Shown here: one piece after another, positions 38,181 to 47,188 of the stretch
How the letters are laid out: every line of letters begins with the position of its first letter
Numbering within the stretch: position 1 is the first letter of the stretch
Source: an uncultured virus (IMG/VR IMGVR_UViG_3300044445_000196)
Lineage: Duplodnaviria; Heunggongvirae; Uroviricota; Caudoviricetes
Direction: 5' to 3' (one strand)
Length of the DNA stretch: 64,000 bases
Virus record (IMG/VR): IMGVR_UViG_3300044445_000196
The notes under the pieces: model-generated
Database searches by the model: none
What the model was told of the DNA's origin: nothing
The model's input: only the letters and a program-made list of their open reading frames with translations
Program-made: the position numbers and the translations under genes

Positions 38181-38287
38181 CCCCCCCCCTACGGATGTCC
38201 ACCCCTCCCGCCACGCAACGCGGGCGGCGACACCACCGCATTCGCGGCGGGTGGGCACTGCATCCGACGCGAGCCCCTTCCCCCGGG

Positions 38288-38311
38288 TCACATTAGACAT
38301 GTCTAATGTGA
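38288..38311. promoter_or_regulatory. 24-bp perfect AT-rich palindrome, candidate operator
   Basis: TCACATTAGACATGTCTAATGTGA; related site at 41133-41152. Confidence 0.65.
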
Positions 38312-38313
38312 AC

Positions 38314-38757
38314 GTGAACACGCACCGCCCGCGCGTCCTCGCCGTCGCCTGCCGGGTGCTCGGCGCAGGGTCAGCCCTGCTCGACGACGTCGTCGACTCC
38401 GCGCTCATCGAGGCGGCGACCCTGACCGGCATGACGGACAATCCGGATGCGGAGCGTCGACTCGTGCGCGACATCGTGCAGCGTCACGCCACGGCAGCTT
38501 TCGCCGCGCGCCAGCGCGCGCGTGTGCTCACCCCGCGCCCGTACCGGCAGCGCGACCACTTCCCGCGCATTGCCGGCACCCCGTCAGGTGGCCTTGGCGG
38601 CCTGAGTCAGCTCGCCGCCAGCAGCAGGCCCCGCAGCTCCGACCGATTGGACACGCCCACCCGGCGGATGGCGCGCGCGACGTGGGACTCCACGGTGCGC
38701 ACCGACAGGCTCAACGCCTGCGCGATCTCCTTGTTCGTCTTGCCGGCGGAGACGTAG
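38314..38757 (+). pseudogene. Possible ECF sigma region-2-like fragment
   Basis: HRPRVLAVACRVLGAGSALLDDVVDSALIEA; frame runs 150 nt into the convergent LuxR gene. Confidence 0.35.
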
Positions 38758-41051
38758 CGGACCACTTCGCGCTCCCGCGGGCTCCAGGTCAGTTCGCCTG
38801 CGTCCCGGCCGCCGCCGCGCGCCGCGCGCCGGTTCGCCGCGAACGCGCGCGCCTCCTCGTTGCGCTTGCTCCACTGACGGGCGATGGACGCCCACGCCGC
38901 GGCCATGGACGAGTGCGAGGATAGCGTCTCGGTCTCGTTGAGCATGTCCTCGGCTGCCGCGATGTCGCCCCGACACAGGGCACGCAGCCACTCGCTGATG
39001 CCGTCCAACCCGGCCGCGCCGAGCAGACGCACCCGCGCGTCAAGAGGGCGGATCCTCTCCGGGGAGGGGTCGATGGTGGCGGCGAGCTGGTAGCTCAACG
39101 CGGCCGCCAAGCGGTGTCCTTTCGCCCACTGCTCGTTGGCCAGCTCGGTTGCGACCTCGGCGGCCTGGGCCGTCTCCCCCGCCGCTTCGAGCTCGAGCGC
39201 CCGCTGCCACATCGGGTGAGCGCCGGGGAACGGCGAGCCCAGCGGGTGAGGCACGTCCGGGGTGAACTCGGGAGGCACGGGTGTGTCCGCCCCGCGGTAC
39301 GCCGCCACCCATCCTGAAGCGATCCCCTGCTGGACGAGGGAGTCCTGCACAGGAGCACCCATCGCGAGCAGGTCACGCATGTGGCTCTGGGTCAGGGAAC
39401 GGTCACCGTAGAAGCCGACGCTCAGCCCGGAGAGATAGGTGATGGATGCCAGCTCCTGCCACCGGCCGTCCTTCTTCGCGGACGCGTAGCGCTGAGCGAC
39501 GTCGGCGGTGAGGGAGTCGTACTCGCCGTCCGCAACCCGTATGAGGCAGGTGATGGTGAAGGTGTCCACGTAGGAGCACATCGGGTTCCGGCCGTCCACG
39601 TCGGCGAGCAGCTGTCGCGCTTCGTCGATCCGCCCGCCGAGGGTGAGGGCGTGCAGCTTCGCCCACTTCACCATGTCCTCCGTGCCGGGCCACAGTCCCT
39701 CGAAGCTCGTCGGCAGCGCATCCAGCTGGGGCGGCTGCCCGGTCATCACGGCGGCGAAGACCTCAGCCGCACGCACGCACCCGGCCAGGCGCGGGTCGGC
39801 GGCCTCCCGCTTCGCGAGGCGTTCGAGGGTGGGCTGCACCTGCCCGCGGCGGTAGACGGAATGCTTCAGGTACAGCAGCTCCCACCGCACGATGTCGTCC
39901 AGGTCGCCGTCGAGACCCGCGGAGGCTTCGAACAGGTCGTCGATCTCGGTGTGGGGGGCGCTGCGGGCATTCAGCGCGTCGATCATCGCCGCGGCGGAGC
40001 CCAGCGTCGGTTGCGCCTCCCAGGCCCGCCGTGCTTCCATCTCGCTGCGCTGGACGGTGGAGTAGACGTCGGAGAGCAGGGTGAGCGTCGTCAGCGGCGG
40101 CGCCGGCGACGCGGCCGGTGGGGCCCCGATGTCTGCGCTGAGGAGTGCATGGCGCACGCGGTTGGGGTGGCGGAGGAAGAACTGGTCGATCAGGGCGCTG
40201 CCGACGGTCACCACAGGCCCGGCCTCCCCCGGCGACAGCCGCACCAGGTCGAGGTCGCTCATCTCGGCGATCAGTTCCGCGCCGAGGGCTTTCGCAGCGT
40301 TCGGTAGGGGGGTGGGCCCAAGCAGCGACAACCGTTCGATTCCGTCTCGGTGACGCCGGTCGAGGGTGGAGAGCATGGTCTCCGCGATGGCGGCGGCCCC
40401 CCGCGTCCATAAGCCACCGTTGGTGAGGGTGGCGCGGCCGTCTTTGACCGTCAGTTCTTCCTCTTCGAGGGCGCTGGCGACGACGGCGGCTGCCACTCCC
40501 GCGGACCCGCAGCTGAGCGCCGCCAGGTGCGCCATCGCCTGCGCGTCGAGGTCGAACCCGAACTTGGCGGCCAGGATCTTGCCGAGGGCGGCGATCTCGT
40601 ACGTCGGCATCTCGAAGCTTCGAGCACGCCCGATCCCGGGCAGCGCGAACGGTCCGGGCACGCCACGGTTGACGCCCCGCGTGGTCACCAGGGGGATGCC
40701 GTGACCCTGGTGGACGTGCACCAGCGCCGCCCAGCTCTCACGGTCGATGTACTCCCAGTCGTCGACGGCGATCACGGAACCGTCGGCTCGGAGCTTCTGC
40801 GCGATCTCGCCGGCGACGTCGAAAGGGGTGTCCCGGCGCAGGCCGCTCAGGCCCAGCGCGCCGAGGGGAACGTCCCCCAGCATCGGCCGGCCGGTGACGA
40901 TCAGCACCTCGCGTCCGAGCGAGCGGAAATGCCGGGCGATCTGGCTGACCAGGGTGGTGCGCCCGGAGAGGCGCCCGCCGGAGATGTCGGCGTTGTGGAG
41001 GTTGTCGACGGCGTTGATGACGCCGAGAAGAAGTGTCTCTTGTACTGGCAT
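38607..41051 (-). CDS. Large LuxR-family regulator (degenerate NTPase plus C-terminal HTH)
   Basis: SPREREVVRYVSAGKTNKEIAQALSLSVRTVESHV; GGRLSGRTT Walker-A-like. Confidence 0.9.
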   Translation of the reverse strand: MPVQETLLLGVINAVDNLHNADISGGRLSGRTTLVSQIARHFRSLGREVLIVTGRPMLGDVPLGALGLSGLRRDTPFDVAGEIAQKLRADGSVIAVDDWEYIDRESWAALVHVHQGHGIPLVTTRGVNRGVPGPFALPGIGRARSFEMPTYEIAALGKILAAKFGFDLDAQAMAHLAALSCGSAGVAAAVVASALEEEELTVKDGRATLTNGGLWTRGAAAIAETMLSTLDRRHRDGIERLSLLGPTPLPNAAKALGAELIAEMSDLDLVRLSPGEAGPVVTVGSALIDQFFLRHPNRVRHALLSADIGAPPAASPAPPLTTLTLLSDVYSTVQRSEMEARRAWEAQPTLGSAAAMIDALNARSAPHTEIDDLFEASAGLDGDLDDIVRWELLYLKHSVYRRGQVQPTLERLAKREAADPRLAGCVRAAEVFAAVMTGQPPQLDALPTSFEGLWPGTEDMVKWAKLHALTLGGRIDEARQLLADVDGRNPMCSYVDTFTITCLIRVADGEYDSLTADVAQRYASAKKDGRWQELASITYLSGLSVGFYGDRSLTQSHMRDLLAMGAPVQDSLVQQGIASGWVAAYRGADTPVPPEFTPDVPHPLGSPFPGAHPMWQRALELEAAGETAQAAEVATELANEQWAKGHRLAAALSYQLAATIDPSPERIRPLDARVRLLGAAGLDGISEWLRALCRGDIAAAEDMLNETETLSSHSSMAAAWASIARQWSKRNEEARAFAANRRAARGGGRDAGELTWSPREREVVRYVSAGKTNKEIAQALSLSVRTVESHVARAIRRVGVSNRSELRGLLLAAS

Positions 41052-41226
41052 GCCTCATGGACGAGGCATCGGGTGGGGGAAGAGCGACGAAAAGGTAACC
41101 GGTGCCCCGCATCTTTCGTCGGGATCCATTGTCCATTAGACATGCCCAACGGGCGATTTGAATGTGCGAGATGCCGACACACTCAGTAATTTCCTGCGGA
41201 CTACTGAGACGAAAAACCAGTAGTCG

Positions 41227-41733
41227 TCAGGCGGCCCCGGTCACCCAGAGCTCACCTTCGCCCACCTTGACCAGCGACTGCAGGAACGCGGCCTCGTTGG
41301 TGGGGTCCAACCACCGCACGCTCCCGACCGGGCGGGGCGCATCCGTGAACGGTTCGTACGCCGTCGTCATCAGCACAAGCGGGTCCGAGGGGTTCCAGCG
41401 GTCGATACCCGCAGCCGTCTCCTTATCCCGCAACGCCGCGTTCAGTTCCTCGTCGCTCAGGCGCACGCCCTGCGAAGCCAGGTCAGCGAGGATCAGAGCC
41501 TGCGCCTGCTTTGCGATGGGCGCCAGGTAGTCGATGCGGGCCTGCAAGTGCAGGTCGTCTTCGTGCTCGTCGTCAAGCCCGTCGTATCCGGGGATGAGGA
41601 CGCCGACGATGTCGCTGAGGGAGTCCGCGAAGACCATGTCGCCCTTGCGGGTCAGCCATCCGACCAGCCACGTCCGCCCCTCAGGGTGGGCCGGCCAGGC
41701 CAGGTCTTCTACTACCACTGCTACCAAGGTCAC
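41227..41733 (-). CDS. Hypothetical protein
   Basis: 168-aa ORF preceded by tandem class C and class B motifs (41758-41782). Confidence 0.7.
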   Translation of the reverse strand: MTLVAVVVEDLAWPAHPEGRTWLVGWLTRKGDMVFADSLSDIVGVLIPGYDGLDDEHEDDLHLQARIDYLAPIAKQAQALILADLASQGVRLSDEELNAALRDKETAAGIDRWNPSDPLVLMTTAYEPFTDAPRPVGSVRWLDPTNEAAFLQSLVKVGEGELWVTGAA

Positions 41734-41981
41734 TCCCGTGGGTCGTTGTCCGTCCCGCTATGCGCGACACCTACCCTGCGGCGGCACGACCATCAGCACA
41801 TAGCTTGGCGCATCGCTCTCTAGACCTGGTACCGGGGAGATCAGGTATGCACGACCCCGGATTCGTGATCCGAAGCTCGAAAACGGCTCGGCACCCCGAA
41901 GGGTTCCCGGGCAGCGTCCGCCCGAATCTCGCGATGCGCTGTGCCATCGTACTGTGACGACGCAGTCCGCATAGGCGTTCC

Positions 41982-42488
41982 GTGACGCACACCACTCCGC
42001 CCAAAGCCACTACCTACCCCCGCATCTCACGCTACGGCTGGTACGGCCTGGCAGGCGCGCTCATCGCCCTCCTGGTCTCCGCATCCCTCGCCATCCCGGC
42101 CGTCACCGACTCCCTCAAACGCGGGGAGGCGCTCGCGCAGATGACCTCCGCCACCGCCGAGCTCGAGCAGGCGGACGAAGCGGTTGAATCCGCCATAGGT
42201 GCAGTACGTGACGCGCGGCAGCAGGCAGCCGCCGCCGTCGTGGGACGTGACGCACGGAGCACAGAGACCCTGCGCAGCCTTGCCCGGGTCACCGCCGACG
42301 GGCAGCTCGACGGGGAAGTCTTCCCCCAGGGACCCCCCGCGGCCAGCTCCCCCGTTCTCCCCACCACCCCGCAGGGCATGCGCGCCCGTGCGGAGGAGAA
42401 CAGCGCCGCAGCGGCCGACCGCGCCGCGCGCGCCGAGCTCTACCGCGTACGAGCCGAGGAGATCACCCGCGCTGCGGCGGCGCTGTGA
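41982..42488 (+). CDS. Membrane-anchored coiled-coil protein
   Basis: TM plus Ala-rich helix; CCGCATAG 7 nt before GTG. Confidence 0.7.
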   Translation: MTHTTPPKATTYPRISRYGWYGLAGALIALLVSASLAIPAVTDSLKRGEALAQMTSATAELEQADEAVESAIGAVRDARQQAAAAVVGRDARSTETLRSLARVTADGQLDGEVFPQGPPAASSPVLPTTPQGMRARAEENSAAAADRAARAELYRVRAEEITRAAAAL

Positions 42489-42501
42489 CGCATAGGCGAG
42501 C

Positions 42502-42888
42502 GTGACCAACACCGCGTACCTCCGCCTCATCGTTCTCCGCCTGACCGGCATCCTGACCCAGGGCTTCCTCCTCGTCGCCGCCACCTCGCTCTACGTCGTC
42601 GGCCTCCTCGAAGTCCACCTCGGCCTGCTCCTGCTCGCCCTCGTGCTCACCTGGGCGATCCTCCGCCCGGCCGCCGCGCGCGCGCTCGCTGAGCACCAGT
42701 GGGACACCACCGCGAAGATGCCCGTCGAGCGGGACGCGTTCATCCGCCTGCGCAACGTCCGCGCGCGCCGGCGCGCGCGCAAGAGTGCCGGCATCCGCCC
42801 GGACCGGTTCGACACCACCCAGGCTGTGATGACCACCCTGGTGTGGTTCGTCTTCCTGTCCTACCTCGCCAGTGTCGCGCCGGTCTGA
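42502..42888 (+). CDS. Three-TM membrane protein
   Basis: Hydrophobic segments; ACGCATAG upstream. Confidence 0.7.
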   Translation: MTNTAYLRLIVLRLTGILTQGFLLVAATSLYVVGLLEVHLGLLLLALVLTWAILRPAAARALAEHQWDTTAKMPVERDAFIRLRNVRARRRARKSAGIRPDRFDTTQAVMTTLVWFVFLSYLASVAPV

Positions 42889-42926
42889 TGACCACCACCG
42901 CCACTCCCACCGCGCATGGATCCCCC

Positions 42927-45098
42927 ATGGCCTCCTCTACTGCTGCGCTCGACATCCTCAGCACCACCGTCCGCCTCACCGTCGGAGACAAGGCCGAACC
43001 CCGCCCCGGGCAGGTGCTGCTCACGCGGCAGGCATCCCGCGCGCTCGACGAGCGAAAGCACGTCGCCGCCGTCGCCCCGACCGGCTCCGGCAAGAGCTTC
43101 TCCCTGGGCGCCCCCGCCTTCGAGCGCGCAGCCCTCCACGGCGAGCGCAGCGTCATCTCCACCGAATCCCTCACGCTGCAGAAGCAGATCATGGAGAAGG
43201 ACTTCCCGCGTCTGGCCGAGGCCACGATGCAGCTGTACGGGAAGGAGGTTACGTTCGCGGTGCTGAAAGGCGTCGGCAACTACATCGACCCGCGGCAGAT
43301 GACGGCCACCGCCGCCCTCATCACTGGCGAGGCCGACACCAAGCGCAAGACCAGCGAGTGGCTGGAACTCATCTTCCGAGCCAAGCCCACCGCGGCGGCC
43401 CTTCAAGCGCTCGACGGGGCCGATTTCGAGCTCACGAAGCACCTGCTGATGTGGTGCTTCGGGCAGTACGACGACGACAACACCATTGGCGACCGCCACT
43501 CCTGCCCCCTGAAAGTGACCGAGGCCGAATGGCGGCACGTCAGCGCGTCCTCCGCGGAAGCCGCGGGCGCCGACGACCACTGGCTGTACCCGAAGGCGCT
43601 CATCGCGAAAGAGAAGGCGGCCGGGGCGAATATCGTCATCGTCAACCACACCCTCCTCGCCATCCAGGCTGCGCGCGGCATCAACATCGTCCTCGGCAAC
43701 AGCACGTACGGCGACTTCGACCACCTGCTCATCGACGAGGCGCACGCCCTGCCCTCCGAGGTGCGCAAGCAGGGCGCGTCCATCGTGTCCGGCGGAGTCA
43801 TCATGAGCTTGCTCTACAAGGTGGACAAGCTCGCCGACGGCACCGGCCGGTGGAAGACCTCCGGCGAGCAGCTCGCCGACGCGCTCGACCGGGAGCTTCG
43901 CGGCTTCCTCCGCGGCCCGAAGCAGCGCAAGGTGGAGAAGGAGGAGGACCCGCTCGGCGATGTCGGCCTCATGCTCACCGCGTGGGTGAAAGACGCGCAG
44001 AAGTACCTCAAGCCCGCCGCCGAGTCCAGCGTCACCCGCACGATGCTGGAGGGCAAGCGAGCCATCCAGCGCTGCGACGAACTCCTCGCTGCCATCGCCA
44101 GCTGCTCGTCCTTCCGGGCGGGTGACGCCCGGTGGGTGGAACTGCCCGAGACCCAGGCGGGCACGACCCGCCGCGCGTGGGCGTCTGCGAACGCCAGCCC
44201 TGTGAACGTGGGCCAGAAGCTGCTGCACAACCTGTACACCATCGACCAGGGCGAGGACGAGGACCCGCTCGCTCTCGGCGTCGTCGCGGTGTCCGCGACC
44301 CTCCCGGAGGGGTTCGCGTTCCAGGCGGGGCTCGCGGCGCAGGTGGTGGAGTACGAGTCGCCTTTCGCTGACGCCTACGGCGGCTCGAGCCTGTTCATCC
44401 CGAACGGCGTGCCGCACATGATGGCACTGACCGCCCCCAGCTATGGGCGTCGGAAGTTCGACACGGCCGCGCACCAGAAGTGGGCGGCGGAGATGGCCCG
44501 GCGACTCATCGAAGCCAACGGCGGCTCGGCCCTCCTGCTGGCCGCGTCTGCGCGCTCGGGGAAGTTCTACGTCGAGCAACTGCGCCGGCAGTTCCCGCAC
44601 CTGGCCATCCACAGCCAGTGGGATGGTCCGACGGCCACCTCGACGGTCGACGACTGGAAGAGCGACCCGTCCTCGGTGCTGGTCGGTACGCGGTCGCTGA
44701 TGACGGGTCTGGATGCCCCCGGGGAGACGAACACGCTCGTCATCCTCGACCGGATCCCCCGCTCGCCCTCGAACGCCCAGGACGACGCCCGGGTAGAGGA
44801 TCTCATCAGCCGCGGTATCGAGAAGTTCAGTGCGGAGCGCATCGTCTACGCCGGGGACGCCGCGCTTCTCGAAGCGCAGGCTGTGGGCCGCCTCATCCGC
44901 TCGGCGTCCGACCGTGGCATGGCTGCGGTGCTGGACCCCCGACTGCTGAAGTACAACCGCTCGTCGTTCCCGGGGTACGCCGAGCCGACCCGGAAGACGT
45001 ACATGAAGCCGCTGGATGCTTTCGCGGTGAAGCTCAGCGATGAGGATGCTGCTCTCGGGTGGCTGCGTGCGCGCCGCGGGGCTCTGGTCACCGTCTAG
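42927..45098 (+). CDS. dinG: DinG-family ATP-dependent helicase (alternative start 42888)
   Basis: APTGSGKS, LKGVGNY, IVIVNH, IDEAH, SATL, GLDAPGE, QAVGRLIRS. Confidence 0.9.
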   Translation: MASSTAALDILSTTVRLTVGDKAEPRPGQVLLTRQASRALDERKHVAAVAPTGSGKSFSLGAPAFERAALHGERSVISTESLTLQKQIMEKDFPRLAEATMQLYGKEVTFAVLKGVGNYIDPRQMTATAALITGEADTKRKTSEWLELIFRAKPTAAALQALDGADFELTKHLLMWCFGQYDDDNTIGDRHSCPLKVTEAEWRHVSASSAEAAGADDHWLYPKALIAKEKAAGANIVIVNHTLLAIQAARGINIVLGNSTYGDFDHLLIDEAHALPSEVRKQGASIVSGGVIMSLLYKVDKLADGTGRWKTSGEQLADALDRELRGFLRGPKQRKVEKEEDPLGDVGLMLTAWVKDAQKYLKPAAESSVTRTMLEGKRAIQRCDELLAAIASCSSFRAGDARWVELPETQAGTTRRAWASANASPVNVGQKLLHNLYTIDQGEDEDPLALGVVAVSATLPEGFAFQAGLAAQVVEYESPFADAYGGSSLFIPNGVPHMMALTAPSYGRRKFDTAAHQKWAAEMARRLIEANGGSALLLAASARSGKFYVEQLRRQFPHLAIHSQWDGPTATSTVDDWKSDPSSVLVGTRSLMTGLDAPGETNTLVILDRIPRSPSNAQDDARVEDLISRGIEKFSAERIVYAGDAALLEAQAVGRLIRSASDRGMAAVLDPRLLKYNRSSFPGYAEPTRKTYMKPLDAFAVKLSDEDAALGWLRARRGALVTV

Positions 45099-45103
45099 GA
45101 ACG

Positions 45104-45140
45104 ACGAAAGCCCCACCCGTCGCGGGTGGGGCTTTCGTTT
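45104..45140. terminator. Bidirectional terminator
   Basis: ACGAAAGCCCCACCCG...CGGGTGGGGCTTTCGT between convergent genes. Confidence 0.85.
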
Positions 45141-45144
45141 GCGC

Positions 45145-45669
45145 TCAGACCGCCGCGACGAGCGGCAGCGTGCCGATAACGATGCGTCGGTCCCACCCGG
45201 GGATCTTGCTGTCGAGCAGGGCGCGACGCGTGTCGTCGAAGGCGACGGTTCCACGGCCGGCGGCGCCCTGGCGCTGGTTCACCAAGAAGCGGGCGAGCTG
45301 GCGCTCGTGCGAGGAGCGTCCGCCCGTGGACGGCATCCGACCGTGGTAGGCGCGGAAGCGACGAACCTGAGTGGTGCGCGTGCGGTGGTCGACCTTCGTG
45401 CGGCGACCGAGGGCCTTGGCGCGGACGTTCTCGCCTCGCCAGCCGGGGACGTGGGTATCGAGCCACTGGACCTGCTCGACGCTGAGCGGACCCTTGTCCT
45501 GTGCGGTGCCGTACAGGCGCGAGCGCAGCATGCGCAGGGTGTTGCCGGCGCGGCGCTCCTCCGGTGTTTCAGCGGCACTCTGTCGGGGCAGAGCACCGTT
45601 CTCTGAGACGAAGGCGGCGAGGGTCTGGGCGGACGAGAGCCAGGGGGGAGCGGCTACGGTGGCGTTCAT
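45145..45669 (-). CDS. Helicase-associated (HA) repeat protein
   Basis: Two repeats of F..HG..P...ER.L...L...R...LD...PGW. Confidence 0.7.
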   Translation of the reverse strand: MNATVAAPPWLSSAQTLAAFVSENGALPRQSAAETPEERRAGNTLRMLRSRLYGTAQDKGPLSVEQVQWLDTHVPGWRGENVRAKALGRRTKVDHRTRTTQVRRFRAYHGRMPSTGGRSSHERQLARFLVNQRQGAAGRGTVAFDDTRRALLDSKIPGWDRRIVIGTLPLVAAV

Positions 45670-45854
45670 GCGAGCTTTCGGGCTGTGACAGCTGCGGCGG
45701 GCTGTCGGGCGAGGTGAGCACTGAGGGAGCTGCTCGCGTGTTGGGGACATTCCCCTAACGTTGACCTACCCATGCGCGGGCTACTGGTTTTTGCGTGACA
45801 CCTCAAGTTGAGTACCCCGGTTGACTCATATGTTGCACGCATGTTATGCGAGTG

Positions 45855-47150
45855 TTACTCGCCTGTTGCTTCCTCGATCTTGCCTCGGGTGATGACGGTC
45901 TGGTCGGTCCCGCGGAACTCCCCATGCTCCTTGACCGTGCCCGTGACGACGCGCTTCGAGCCGACGTCGAGGCTATGCCAGCCGGATCGGTTCCAGATCA
46001 CCTGGGCTCCGGTCTCGTCGTCGCGGAAGGTCAGGCGGGTGCTGTAGCCGTGGTCCCCCTCGATGGGGGCGTGGCTTGCCGTCAACGTCATCGGTCGGTC
46101 TCGGAGGCGCTCCCCCACCTGGCCGACGTGCCCGGGCTCGTAGAGGCGGTCGCTCTCCTCCTTCTTCAGCGCGTCCCGTGCTGCCCACGCGAGTGCGTTG
46201 CGGTGCGCGGCGACGGCGGAGGCGCCGATGCCGAAGTGTTTGCGAGCGACCCAGCGCTCCTTGCCGGCGAGGACCGCCCGGAGGTTGTCGATGTAGTCGC
46301 TGCCGCCGTCGGGCTGTTCGTTCACCCACGCGAGGATGCGTTCCGCTTTCGCGCGGCGCTCAGGCTCGTGGCCTTCCGCGACGAGGCGGCGAAGGTTCTC
46401 CGCAACGCGCTGGGCGGTGGGCGGATCCTGGTAGGTGGCCTTCGACTTCGGGATGAAGTGCTCCCCGTCGCCACTGGCCGCGAGGGCTGCGCCGATGAGG
46501 TCGACCGCTTCCACGGTGACATCCCCAGTCGAGGAGGACCAGCGCGCCTCCTCATCTTCCTCGCCTTCACGGGCGTCTTCGAGGTCGAATGTCATCGCCC
46601 ACAGACCCTCGGGCCGGACACCGAGGAATGCGCCCATGCAGTTGCTGCCGACGACCTTCTGCTCCCCCTCGTCGTTGACGACGGTGTAAACCTTCCCGCG
46701 GCGGCGGGCGTGACCGCAGTGGTCGCAGCGCATCTCCTCCACACGGGCCGAGCCGTAGTTGACGATGTGCCCATCCGCGGTGAGCTCGTGCGCACCGGCG
46801 AACTTCCATCCCGCCTGCCGGATGACGGGGGTGCTCAGGGTGAGGTGGACGGCAGAGACGCCCACGACGTCGTTCTCGGGGACGTGGACGTACTCCTCCA
46901 CCTCGTAGGTGAAGCGCTCCTCGACGCCCGCGCGAGCGAGCCGGCGGTTCGCGCGCTCGATGCGCTTGACCACCTCGGGCAGCTGCGAGGCGGGCATGTC
47001 GTACACCGGCGAGCTCGGCTCCCAGTCCAAGGGGTACCCGTCGGAGGAGAGCTCGATCTCGGGGTCGGAGTGGGTGTGCTCGCCGAAGCGGCCGCTGTCG
47101 GTGTCGCGGGCGTTTTCGCGCCGCTGGGCGGCGTCGTCGCTGATGCTCAT
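45855..47150 (-). CDS. Shared-peptide protein with Zn-binding centre and OB-fold-like C-terminus
   Basis: RENARDTDSGRFGEHTHSDPEIEL; CDHCG..R...VGSNC; GTVKEHGEFRG..QTVITR. Confidence 0.85.
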   Translation of the reverse strand: MSISDDAAQRRENARDTDSGRFGEHTHSDPEIELSSDGYPLDWEPSSPVYDMPASQLPEVVKRIERANRRLARAGVEERFTYEVEEYVHVPENDVVGVSAVHLTLSTPVIRQAGWKFAGAHELTADGHIVNYGSARVEEMRCDHCGHARRRGKVYTVVNDEGEQKVVGSNCMGAFLGVRPEGLWAMTFDLEDAREGEEDEEARWSSSTGDVTVEAVDLIGAALAASGDGEHFIPKSKATYQDPPTAQRVAENLRRLVAEGHEPERRAKAERILAWVNEQPDGGSDYIDNLRAVLAGKERWVARKHFGIGASAVAAHRNALAWAARDALKKEESDRLYEPGHVGQVGERLRDRPMTLTASHAPIEGDHGYSTRLTFRDDETGAQVIWNRSGWHSLDVGSKRVVTGTVKEHGEFRGTDQTVITRGKIEEATGE

Positions 47151-47157
47151 GACAGTG

Positions 47158-47181
47158 ATGTGCGCGGCGCGCCGCGCACAT
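47158..47181. promoter_or_regulatory. Back-to-back class A motifs (divergent promoter pair)
   Basis: ATGTGCGCGGC-GC-GCCGCGCACAT; each half 7 nt from an ATG (47150 minus, 47189 plus). Confidence 0.8.
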
Positions 47182-47188
47182 GTGGGGC

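Noticed and set aside
532..45254. Long antisense/alternative-frame ORFs (e.g. 532-2421, 8334-11024, 14851-17652, 25367-27541, 42861-45254)
   Set aside because: Shadow ORFs of high-GC genes; they overlap well-supported genes and show no motifs.
47171..47183. ATG overlapping the end of the class A motif (CACATG) as the true start
   Set aside because: Present in only some copies (absent at 5025, 47158, 57795), whereas the ATG 7 nt downstream is invariant.
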